Assembly (NCBI GenBank): GCA_964570925.1 | Contig: CAZNAF010000001.1 | Location: forward strand, 3,322 to 67,321 | Length of the DNA: 64,000 nt | Reading direction: 5' to 3' | Source: an uncultured Anaerolinea sp. | GTDB lineage: Bacteria; Chloroflexota; Anaerolineae; Anaerolineales; Anaerolineaceae | Shown: positions 45,309 to 53,411 of the stretch, piece after piece | Position numbering within the stretch: position 1 is the first letter of the stretch | Layout of the letters: each line of letters starts with the position of its first letter | Made by a program: the position numbers and the translations under genes | The notes under the pieces: generated by a model | The model's database searches: none | What the model was told of the DNA's origin: nothing | Seen by the model: the letters and a program-made list of their open reading frames with translations, nothing else

Positions 45309-46112
45309 ATGAAGAAAGCCTTGCTACGTGTTCTCCCCCAACCGGCGGTGAATTCTCTACGCAACGTGAAAGACGAGATCACGGTGGCCGCCGGGTGGTT
45401 TAACGCCACGCTGCACCCCTGGCGGGTGGATTCCATCCGCAAGATCAAGGCCTTGCGCGATACCCACGCCGGGGAACGTTGCGTCATCATCGGCAACGGA
45501 CCCAGTTTAAAAAACACCGACCTGAGCAAGCTTCGTAACGTTTTCACCTTTGGGATGAACCGTTTTTACCTGGCTTTCGATGAATTGGGTTTTATGACCT
45601 CCTGCCTGCTGTCGGTGAACAACCTGGTCATCGAACAATGCGCGGCCGATTTCCGCGCTTTACCGATCCCAACCTTCGTCTCATGGCGGGGTCGCCAGTG
45701 GATCAGTCCCGCGCCGAACCTGCATTATCTCCACACTTCCTATCTCTTGCCCCGCTTTGGCACGGATGCCGCCGGCAGACTATGGGAAGGGGCTACGGTT
45801 ACCTTCATCGCCCTGCAGCTTGCTTATTATTTGGGATTCAAACAGGTCATTCTGATCGGTGTCGATCATAGTTTCGCCACCAAGGGAACCCCCAACACGA
45901 CCGTAGTATCCACCGGTGATGATCCCAACCATTTTAATCCCGCATATTTTGGCAAGGGATTCAGGTGGCAGCTGCCCGACCTTGAAACCTCCGAATTAGC
46001 CTATTGCATGGCTCGTGACGCCTACCAAAAAGACGGCCGCGAAATTCTGGACGCCACGGTGGACGGAAAATTGACCGTCTTTCCGAAAGTAAAATTCGAT
46101 AGTCTCTTCTAA
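45309..46112 (+). CDS. DUF115 / MptE-like protein resembling GT42 (CstII-type) sialyltransferases and Maf proteins
   Basis: CVIIGNGPSLKNTDLSKLRNVFTFGMNRFY resembles remembered CstII IIAGNGPSLKEIDYSRLPNDFDVFRCNQFY. ALQLAYYLGFKQVILIGVDHSF resembles AVAIALGYKEIYLSGIDFY. Confidence 0.7.
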   Translation: MKKALLRVLPQPAVNSLRNVKDEITVAAGWFNATLHPWRVDSIRKIKALRDTHAGERCVIIGNGPSLKNTDLSKLRNVFTFGMNRFYLAFDELGFMTSCLLSVNNLVIEQCAADFRALPIPTFVSWRGRQWISPAPNLHYLHTSYLLPRFGTDAAGRLWEGATVTFIALQLAYYLGFKQVILIGVDHSFATKGTPNTTVVSTGDDPNHFNPAYFGKGFRWQLPDLETSELAYCMARDAYQKDGREILDATVDGKLTVFPKVKFDSLF

Positions 46113-47047
46113 TGTCTGCGAAACCCCTGGTCTCTATTGTCACCCCTTCTTATAATCAGGCGCGTTTTCTTGAGAAAACCATGCGCTCTATCCTTGAGCA
46201 GGATTACGCGCCGATCGAATATATGGTGGTGGACGGTGGTTCGAAGGACGGCAGCGTGAATTTGATCCGTAAATATGAGAACAAACTTGCCTGGTGGGTA
46301 TCTGAAAAGGACTCGGGGCAGGCCGAAGCCATTAACAAAGGCCTGGCGCGGGCGAAGGGCGAGATCGTAGCCTGGTTGAATTCAGATGATTATTACATGC
46401 CTGGGGCTGTCACAGCCGCTGTGAAAGCCTTGCAGGAGAATCCGCAGGCCGGGTTTGTTTACGGCGACGTGCGCGTCGTCGCGGAAGACGAATCCGTTGT
46501 CAACCAGCTCACTTATGGTGATTTTGGCCTGGTCGATCTGATGTCATTTCAGATCATCGGTCAACCTTCTGTGTTTATGCGCCGTGATACGCTTGACCGT
46601 GCGGGATACCTGGACCCTTCTTATCATCTATTATTGGATCATCAATTGTGGATCAGGCTGGCTCTTGAATCCGGCATGCATTACCTACCCAGATTGATGG
46701 CTTCGGCGCATTACTATGAAGAATGCAAAAACCTGGCTAACGCGTCTGGCTTTGGCGTTGAAGCAAAGAAGATCGTGGAATGGATGCGCGCCGACCCCAG
46801 GCTGGCGGAGCTGACTTTTAAACATCAAAGACAAATTCTAGCCGGTGCGGAACGTTTGGATGCATTTTATCTTCTGGATGCCGGCGAATATGGTGCCTCC
46901 TTTCGCGCGTACTGGAAGGCCTTTTGGTTGAAGCCCTCAGTCGTGTTGCCTGAATGGTACCGCATGGTCTATGCTTTGTTTGCGCCGCTTGGGTTAAGCG
47001 GGTTAAAAAAGCGCCATCTTGATAAGCGGAAAAGAAAATTGAATTGA
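46112..47047 (+). CDS. GT2-family glycosyltransferase (paralog A)
   Basis: VSIVTPSYNQARFLEKTMRSILEQDY, VDGGSKDGS, NSDD. TAATG overlap upstream. Confidence 0.8.
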   Translation: MSAKPLVSIVTPSYNQARFLEKTMRSILEQDYAPIEYMVVDGGSKDGSVNLIRKYENKLAWWVSEKDSGQAEAINKGLARAKGEIVAWLNSDDYYMPGAVTAAVKALQENPQAGFVYGDVRVVAEDESVVNQLTYGDFGLVDLMSFQIIGQPSVFMRRDTLDRAGYLDPSYHLLLDHQLWIRLALESGMHYLPRLMASAHYYEECKNLANASGFGVEAKKIVEWMRADPRLAELTFKHQRQILAGAERLDAFYLLDAGEYGASFRAYWKAFWLKPSVVLPEWYRMVYALFAPLGLSGLKKRHLDKRKRKLN

Positions 47048-47068
47048 AAATCTCGTGAGGTGAACTTA

Positions 47069-48619
47069 ATGGCCGTAAATGATTCAGATGAAAAAGTTTT
47101 GTTTCTAAAAAAATCCAACGTCACGATCGTGGTCTTGCTGATATTTTTTCTATTGGCAGGCATTGGGTTGCGGTTGCTCGATTTTACTGACATGCCTCTC
47201 GATTTTGCCTCGACCCGACAATTGCATTCATTGATCTTATCCCGCGGGCTTTATTATCAAATGGATACACCGGCCACCCTTGCCATGCCCCAGGATTTAC
47301 GTGTCTTCGGTATCAACGCAGGAAATGCTGAACCGGTGATCGAACCTCCTATTCTTGAATATATGGTGGCTTACACTTATGCATTGATCGGCGGCGAGAA
47401 TATTTTCGTCGGCAGGATCTTTTCGATTTTCTTTTGGGTTCTGGGGGGTATCCCGCTCTTTCTCATGGCGCGCAGGTTGATCTCTCTCAACGGCGCGTAC
47501 GCTGCCCTGGCATTTTACCTTTTCACCCATTTTGGGGTTTACGCGAGCAGAAGTTTTCAACCCGACCCCATGATGGTCATGTTGATCTTGTGGGCGCTTT
47601 ATTTCCAGGTGCGCTGGTCTCAATCAGACACTCTCAAGAACAGCATCCTGGCTGGTTTGTTCACCGGTCTGGCAATATTGGTGAAGGCACCTTCAGTCTT
47701 TTTTACCGGCTTACCTTTTGCCGCACTGGTCCTGAGCAAGGGATTTAAATTTTGGATCAAGAATTGGCGCGTCTATTTGATGGCTGTGTTGGCAATTTTA
47801 CCCGCCTTTATTTTCAATTTCATCAGCGTCACCGTGGAGGGAAGGGGAGGTTCCATCTTTGGCGCCAGGTTTTTCCCCCAGCTTTGGATCGATTACACCT
47901 GGTACCTGGGCTGGCTTAAGATGCTTAAATCTGTGGCCGGACATTTCGTCCTGCTCGTGTCACTTTTTGGTTTCTTTTTGATATCTCGCAAAGAAACCCG
48001 CTGGTTTACGGCGAGCCTGTGGATTGGTTACATCCTGTATAGTTTCTTGTTTTCTTACCATATCGCCTCTCATAATTATTATCATTTGCCCCTTTTACCC
48101 ATCATCGCCCTGGGCTTCGCTGAAGTGTTTGCCATGGTCTATGCCAGGCTTGAGACAGTCAATCGTGATTGGCTTAACCGCATCCTCATAGCCGTGCTTT
48201 TCATTTTTTCTTATGGATTATGCCTACAGCGCGTTCGTGGCTCGCTGATTGCCAGCGATTATCGTATAGAAGAAAAATATTGGACGGATCTGGGTGCCAA
48301 GATCAACCGTAACGCCTCTGTGGTGGCCCTCACCCAGGATTACGGTTACCGTATCAATTATTGGGGCTTTATCAACCCATCGTTGTGGCCGACTTCCGGA
48401 GAAGTGACCATTAAAAACCTTCAAGGTGCATCGGATCCTGCCTTCCAGCAAATGTTCAAGGAACTGACTGCCGGAAAGACCGTCTTTTTGGTCACCATCA
48501 CCGGAGAACTCGAAAGCCAGCCAGAATTGGCGGAACATCTCTTCGCCAACTATACCTATGACCAGGGAGATGGTTATTACATCTTTTATCTGGATAGACC
48601 CTTGCAGGTTGCTGAATAA
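47069..48619 (+). CDS. GT-C glycosyltransferase, family 39 / ArnT-PMT-like
   Basis: About 12 TM helices. EPPILEYMVAYTYALIGGENIFVGRIFSIFFWVLGGIPLFLMARRL matches the PMT_2/ArnT N-terminal pattern. ATG 47069 preceded by GAGGTG. Confidence 0.75.
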   Translation: MAVNDSDEKVLFLKKSNVTIVVLLIFFLLAGIGLRLLDFTDMPLDFASTRQLHSLILSRGLYYQMDTPATLAMPQDLRVFGINAGNAEPVIEPPILEYMVAYTYALIGGENIFVGRIFSIFFWVLGGIPLFLMARRLISLNGAYAALAFYLFTHFGVYASRSFQPDPMMVMLILWALYFQVRWSQSDTLKNSILAGLFTGLAILVKAPSVFFTGLPFAALVLSKGFKFWIKNWRVYLMAVLAILPAFIFNFISVTVEGRGGSIFGARFFPQLWIDYTWYLGWLKMLKSVAGHFVLLVSLFGFFLISRKETRWFTASLWIGYILYSFLFSYHIASHNYYHLPLLPIIALGFAEVFAMVYARLETVNRDWLNRILIAVLFIFSYGLCLQRVRGSLIASDYRIEEKYWTDLGAKINRNASVVALTQDYGYRINYWGFINPSLWPTSGEVTIKNLQGASDPAFQQMFKELTAGKTVFLVTITGELESQPELAEHLFANYTYDQGDGYYIFYLDRPLQVAE

Positions 48620-48625
48620 AAGGCC

Positions 48626-49405
48626 ATGGATTCTCAGCCTCTTGTCTCCATTGTTACACCGTCCTTCAACCAGTCCGCGTTCCTGGAGAGGACCATCCTT
48701 TCCGTCCTCGAACAGGATTATCCCCACATCGAATATATCGTCATGGACGGTGCTTCTTCAGACGGCAGCCTTGAGATCATCAAGAAATACCAATCCAGAC
48801 TGGCTGCCTGGGTCTCTGAACCCGATCGCGGGCAAACGGATGCCATTAACAAGGGTTTCGACCGCGCACACGGGCAGATACTGGCCTGGCTCAATTCGGA
48901 TGATGTCTATACTCCCGGCGCGGTTCGGCAGGCTGTAGAAGCCTTCGACAAGTATCCGCAGGCCGGCATGGTCTACGGGGATCTCGATTTCATTGATGAA
49001 GAAGGTAAATTAATCGGCCATTTTCAAGCCGTTCAAACCGATCTGGCTAAACTGCGCCGCGGTTATGTGCACATCCCCCAGCCCGCGACGTTTATCAGGG
49101 CTGATCTATGGAGAAAGGTCGGTCCGCTGGACCCTTCCTTTTATTTTGCCATGGATTATGACCTGTGGACGCGACTGGCAGCCCTGTCTGAATTCGTTTA
49201 CCTCCCCGGTCGTCCGTGGGCGCAATTCCGGCTGCACTTGAAGGGAAAAACGATCACCGCGGATGATCAATGCTGGCCTGAAATGCTGCGTGTGCATTAT
49301 CGAGATGGAGGCAGCTTCTTTTCAACCATCGTCATGAAATATTGGATCCGTAAACTGGCGGCTCCCTTTCTCAATTGGAAAAGACGGCGCATGTTTCGGT
49401 CATGA
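48626..49405 (+). CDS. GT2-family glycosyltransferase (paralog B)
   Basis: VSIVTPSFNQSAFLERTILSVLEQDY, MDGASSDGS, NSDD. About 55-60% identical by eye to 46112..47047 over the first 130 residues. Confidence 0.8.
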   Translation: MDSQPLVSIVTPSFNQSAFLERTILSVLEQDYPHIEYIVMDGASSDGSLEIIKKYQSRLAAWVSEPDRGQTDAINKGFDRAHGQILAWLNSDDVYTPGAVRQAVEAFDKYPQAGMVYGDLDFIDEEGKLIGHFQAVQTDLAKLRRGYVHIPQPATFIRADLWRKVGPLDPSFYFAMDYDLWTRLAALSEFVYLPGRPWAQFRLHLKGKTITADDQCWPEMLRVHYRDGGSFFSTIVMKYWIRKLAAPFLNWKRRRMFRS

Positions 49406-49425
49406 ATCCAGGCTCGGAAACCTGT

Positions 49426-51063
49426 TTAAGAGTCAAGTCCCTTGATCATTTCTGTAAGCTGACCTTGTTCGAGAAGTGATTTTTTTAGGATCTTTACGCC
49501 CGCCGGATTAATGATGGCTGCCGTTGGGGATAAGATTTCTTTAATATATTTTCCGGTTTGCGGGTTCTCTTTCAAGGCTGCCAGAATTTCCGGTTGGGGG
49601 GTGCGCAATAGATATAAATGCTCAATCTGTGTACACTGACCAGATTCCCCCCATGTCTCTCCTAATCGAACCAGGGCTTTCGGTAGAGACTTACCCGTTT
49701 GTTTTTCAAGGTATTGTATGAGCTGCACGACCTTGAGCCCGTGTTTTTGCGCCAGGCGTATCGAAGCAGGAGTGATCTCATATTTTGTTGCTTGTGCGTC
49801 CGCGCTGCGGATTTCACTAAAACGGGCTACCTGATAGCGTATCGCCCTTTTGGTTCCACTCGGAATGGTAAAAACAAGATCGGTGGAAATTTCGATCACA
49901 GATTTTTCTATTGACCGTGGGTATTCGCGGGTTTGGTTAAAGTAGACATGCAGCAAAGGGGATAACGAAAAACAAGCTTCTTTTGACGCGTGTTCTGTCC
50001 CCAATACGGTCATTCCAAGCCAATAAAGAGGACCCGTGATCATATACCGAATCAAAGCCCCGTCGATCTCTTCCCAATGTGTAAAACCGCGTAAATATTC
50101 GTCTGTGTCTTTCCTGCGAATGAACCAGGAATCATAATCCCCGCTTGGGCGTTGGTAATCAGGCTGGGTGACTTTTATATAATTTACCAGCTCGGATATC
50201 GAATACCAGGTCGCAGGAGCGAGGCGTTTGAGAAGATCCAGCAGCACCTTGCGCGGTTTAAGTGGATCGTTCCGCCACTCCCCTTCAAAGACCAGGTCCG
50301 GCAGATGTCTCAGATCGTCATATTCTTGCGACTCGACCCAGAAAGCCAGCCAACGCAGCAAGAGCGATTCGCGATCCTGATTAAAGAAACCTGCCAGAGC
50401 GTTTGGATCTGGCTCATCATTTTTGTCTACTAATTTTCCAGCTCTGGCGATGGTTTTGAAAAACGCGTCATTCTCCGGCCAAACCTGCAAGATCGGATCA
50501 GGAAGGTTTGCTTGTTTACGCCTGGCAGCCAGCCAGTCTGTCATATGATCGGGCAGGGGGTAAACGCCCGCATGGCTGTTCACGACCCTTTCCTCGAGGA
50601 TCGGGGAAGGTAAATTCACTTCAACAAGCGCATCGTCTGATGAGGATCGGATAAATTCGTCCGGGACGAAGGCAAACTCCCTGGGTTCAGGAGGGATATT
50701 CAGAAATGCGCGTCCAACCAGCCCGCGGTACCACAAGATTTCTGCGATGGAAGAGGGATTGCGGTCGGGTGCTTTTCGCTCTCGTTTGGCGCGTCCGAAT
50801 TCCCGAACCTCGCCGTACTTCCTGATAAATTGCGCCCAGGTAACCTTCCCGTTGTTTGCGATCAGGTACAGCCATGCTTTCTTGGCATCGGAAGGAAGGC
50901 TATCGAGGATTTCGGCGAAAAGGGTTTGATCTTGCGTAGCATTGAGGATGGCCATGACCGCCTTTTCGAGATCAAGGTCCGTGGTATCGACACCCCAAAA
51001 TGAACCGATGCGGCCAAGGAGATCAAGGTCATAACTCAGCAGCATCTTTTTTAGTGCGGGCAT
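49426..51063 (-). CDS. Hypothetical protein with XPB-N-terminal (helicase-associated, damage-recognition-like) C-terminal region and no helicase core
   Basis: 545 aa. KYEITPASIRLAQKHGLKVVQLIQYLEKQTGKSLPKALVRLGETW..HLYLLRTPQPEILAALKENP resembles the remembered N-terminal domain of XPB/Ssl2-type helicases. No Walker motifs seen. Confidence 0.6.
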   Translation of the reverse strand: MPALKKMLLSYDLDLLGRIGSFWGVDTTDLDLEKAVMAILNATQDQTLFAEILDSLPSDAKKAWLYLIANNGKVTWAQFIRKYGEVREFGRAKRERKAPDRNPSSIAEILWYRGLVGRAFLNIPPEPREFAFVPDEFIRSSSDDALVEVNLPSPILEERVVNSHAGVYPLPDHMTDWLAARRKQANLPDPILQVWPENDAFFKTIARAGKLVDKNDEPDPNALAGFFNQDRESLLLRWLAFWVESQEYDDLRHLPDLVFEGEWRNDPLKPRKVLLDLLKRLAPATWYSISELVNYIKVTQPDYQRPSGDYDSWFIRRKDTDEYLRGFTHWEEIDGALIRYMITGPLYWLGMTVLGTEHASKEACFSLSPLLHVYFNQTREYPRSIEKSVIEISTDLVFTIPSGTKRAIRYQVARFSEIRSADAQATKYEITPASIRLAQKHGLKVVQLIQYLEKQTGKSLPKALVRLGETWGESGQCTQIEHLYLLRTPQPEILAALKENPQTGKYIKEILSPTAAIINPAGVKILKKSLLEQGQLTEMIKGLDS

Positions 51064-51142
51064 AAGAGAATTATCCTTCCGACTTTACCGGATTATACTA
51101 AAATGCGGGTTGTTCTGCATTCTTAATCATAGTCTGCACGAT

Positions 51143-51171
51143 TTGACGGGCTATTGTCATACAAGTATAAT
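51143..51171 (+). promoter_or_regulatory. Sigma70-type promoter TTGACG-17-TATAAT
   Basis: TTGACG 51143..51148, 17-nt spacer, TATAAT 51166..51171. 32 nt upstream of ATG 51204. Confidence 0.6.
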
Positions 51172-51203
51172 TTTTGAGTACCTCTTTTACCATAAAGGAT
51201 AAC

Positions 51204-52019
51204 ATGGCCTTAAGAGCCGATCTGAGAGATTTTTCATTCGTTCAGATGCTCAACCTGATCAACCTGGCGAAAAAATCAGGAGTTCTGTCTGTTGAATCGC
51301 AGAATCGGGTTGTTGATCTTTTCTTTGAGCATGGAAAGCTTGTTGTCCTTCGGTTGGGAAAAGAATTTCCCACTTTGCTGGATATCATTATCAGGTCACG
51401 GTTATTGCCTTCGTCGATTTCCCCCCTACTGGTTGAGAAATACAAGTCCCTCGCAGACAAGGAAACCGGTATTGCCTTGATCAATTCAGGCTTGTTGACT
51501 CGGACGCAAATCATTGACGCTGTTGAGAATTTTCAAAAGAGGATCGTCCGTCACATTTTTTCGTGGTCTGAGGGAAGCTTTCATTTTGAAGCCGGTGCTG
51601 CTCCTCCACCGGGAGTGATCCGCGCCAGTGTGGATTTACAGAATTTGATCCTCGAAGGTTCGCGCCATCTCCAGCCAGGTTTGAACCTGGGTAAGGAACT
51701 GCCCAGTCTTGAAATGGCGCTACGTTTGACCGAACGTTCGGGAAGAGAATTGCACGACCTGGACTTGACTGCCGAGGAATGGCGTACGATCTCACTGGTC
51801 AATCCACGTCTCACCATACGACAATTGGCACAATCCGCCATGCTCAATGAAGTACAAGTACGACGGGTGGTTTTTAATCTATTACAGGCAGGCCTGGTCG
51901 AAATTGTCAGACCGGTGGGAAGGCAGATCCCTGCTGAATCCCGCATCATCCCCATGCGCAATTCGCCGGAAAAAAGATCTTTGCTCAATCGCGTCATAAA
52001 CCGGATCAAGTCACTTTAG
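51204..52019 (+). CDS. DUF4388 domain-containing protein
   Basis: ADLRDFSFVQMLNLINLAKKSGVLSVESQNRVVDLFFEHGKLV is the typical DUF4388 opening. ATG 51204 with SD AAGGA (ORF track starts at TTG 51174). Confidence 0.7.
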   Translation: MALRADLRDFSFVQMLNLINLAKKSGVLSVESQNRVVDLFFEHGKLVVLRLGKEFPTLLDIIIRSRLLPSSISPLLVEKYKSLADKETGIALINSGLLTRTQIIDAVENFQKRIVRHIFSWSEGSFHFEAGAAPPPGVIRASVDLQNLILEGSRHLQPGLNLGKELPSLEMALRLTERSGRELHDLDLTAEEWRTISLVNPRLTIRQLAQSAMLNEVQVRRVVFNLLQAGLVEIVRPVGRQIPAESRIIPMRNSPEKRSLLNRVINRIKSL

Positions 52020-52031
52020 GCAGGGTTTTTC

Positions 52032-52577
52032 ATGCAAACTCAAACAGTCAAAATCGTTGTAACCGGACCCTTCAATGCAGGCAAGACTGAGATGATCCGC
52101 TCGATCAGTGAGATTGACGTCGTAGATACAGAGCGTAAGGTGACCGGCGAATCCGAAAAGGTCAAATCCTCCACAACGGTCGCCATGGACTTTGGCCGAA
52201 TCACTGTGGATAATGACCTGGTTTTGTTCCTTTTTGGCACACCCGGACAAAAAAGATTTGACTACATGTGGGAGATCCTGTCAGAAGGGATGCTTGGGTT
52301 CATTGTTGTCCTTGACAGTACGCGGCCAGAAACGTTTCATGAAGCCCGCACGATCATGGAGACTTTTCGAGCTTATGCACCTACCCCATTTGTTGTGGCG
52401 GCCAACAAACAGGACTGCGCAGACGCCTGGCCGGTGGAAGACATTCGCCTTGCCTTGCACCTGGAGGAATCCATTAAGCTTTTACCTTGTGTCGCAATAA
52501 AAAAGAATTCGGTGAAAACAGTTTTGTTGGAATTGTTATACGCCATTCTCGATGAGATGGATGCAAAACAAGAATAA
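52032..52577 (+). CDS. Small Ras-like GTPase of the CvnD / MglA-related (conservon) type
   Basis: G1 GPFNAGKT, G3 FGTPGQ, G4 ANKQD. TTVAMDFGRITVDNDLVLFLFGTPGQKRF closely follows the remembered CvnD pattern. Confidence 0.8.
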   Translation: MQTQTVKIVVTGPFNAGKTEMIRSISEIDVVDTERKVTGESEKVKSSTTVAMDFGRITVDNDLVLFLFGTPGQKRFDYMWEILSEGMLGFIVVLDSTRPETFHEARTIMETFRAYAPTPFVVAANKQDCADAWPVEDIRLALHLEESIKLLPCVAIKKNSVKTVLLELLYAILDEMDAKQE

Positions 52578-52608
52578 ATCGCGAAAATGATTGCTCAAAG
52601 GAAATTCA

Positions 52609-53169
52609 ATGATGACACAATCAATCAACACAGCTTCAGAGCGAGCCTTTTTCATCGAAGAAGGATTGAGAGAGATCTTTGGCAATGCCTCTAAGACCTT
52701 GTCTGCGAACGAAGCGAATTCATCTCTTCCTCAGTTGCTCGCACAGGAGAGTTCGATCTATACCCATGGGATTATGGAAACCAAAGGCCTCTTGATCCGG
52801 GCAGGCAGGGCAGCGGTCCAGAAATGGTTGACCAGAAATTCTTCGGCCATGGGATGGGAGGAAATTAATTTCAGGTTGTTACCACCCGCAGTCAGAACGA
52901 AACAGGCGCTGTCCTCATTTTTAACCTGGTTAAAAAGGGAATATCACCTGGAGGTTCAATTAGAAGCTTTAACACATTGCTGGAAGATCGAGGTGAGATT
53001 TTTAGAAAAATCTGCAAGTGATCTTGCTTGTCAATTCGTCTTGGGTATGTTCCAGGAACTGGTTTCCTGGTCAGGCGGCGGAAATTTCTTCCCGGCCAGA
53101 GAGACGGTTTGCCAGTCGGAGGGTGCTGATTGCTGCGTTTTTGAGGTCGATCGTCAACCGGCCAACTAA
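52609..53169 (+). CDS. V4R (4-vinyl reductase-like) domain protein
   Basis: C-terminal ACQFVLGMFQELV..ETVCQSEGADCCVFEV matches the V4R Cys-containing pattern. ATG 52609 preceded by AAAGGA. Confidence 0.65.
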   Translation: MMTQSINTASERAFFIEEGLREIFGNASKTLSANEANSSLPQLLAQESSIYTHGIMETKGLLIRAGRAAVQKWLTRNSSAMGWEEINFRLLPPAVRTKQALSSFLTWLKREYHLEVQLEALTHCWKIEVRFLEKSASDLACQFVLGMFQELVSWSGGGNFFPARETVCQSEGADCCVFEVDRQPAN

Positions 53170-53193
53170 AATGCCATTGAAAAAAATTATTTC

Positions 53194-53222
53194 TTGACAA
53201 TCCTACCCTCACCGGGTAGAAT
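53194..53222 (+). promoter_or_regulatory. Promoter of tRNA-Phe (TTGACA-17-TAGAAT)
   Basis: TTGACA 53194..53199, 17-nt spacer, TAGAAT 53217..53222. The tRNA starts 11 nt downstream. Confidence 0.65.
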
Positions 53223-53232
53223 AATACCCACT

Positions 53233-53305
53233 GCCGAGATAGCTCAGTTGGTAGAGCACACGACTGAAAATTGTGGGGTCCTCGGTCCGATCCCGAGTCT
53301 CGGCA
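53233..53305 (+). tRNA. tRNA-Phe (anticodon GAA)
   Basis: GCCGAGA acceptor pairs with TCTCGGC. D arm AGCTCAGTTGGTAGAGC. Anticodon stem CACGA/TTGTG with loop CTGAAAA. T arm CTCGG-TCCGATC-CCGAG. Discriminator A. CCA is not encoded (followed by CAC). Confidence 0.9.
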
Positions 53306-53310
53306 CACAA

Positions 53311-53338
53311 ACACTCCTGTCTTGCGGGAGTGTTTTTT
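53311..53338 (+). terminator. Rho-independent terminator after tRNA-Phe
   Basis: ACACTCC-N9-GGAGTGT hairpin followed by T6. Confidence 0.7.
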
Positions 53339-53411
53339 GTTATTTCTGGAAAAACCAGCCTGATTCGGGTATGATTGACTGACTGATGAACTGTATCTGG
53401 AGCATGCACGG

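Noticed and set aside
44798-45547. 249-aa minus-strand ORF spanning the SDR and DUF115 genes.
   Set aside because: It crosses a plus-strand gene boundary, and both plus-strand genes have diagnostic motifs. It is a shadow ORF.
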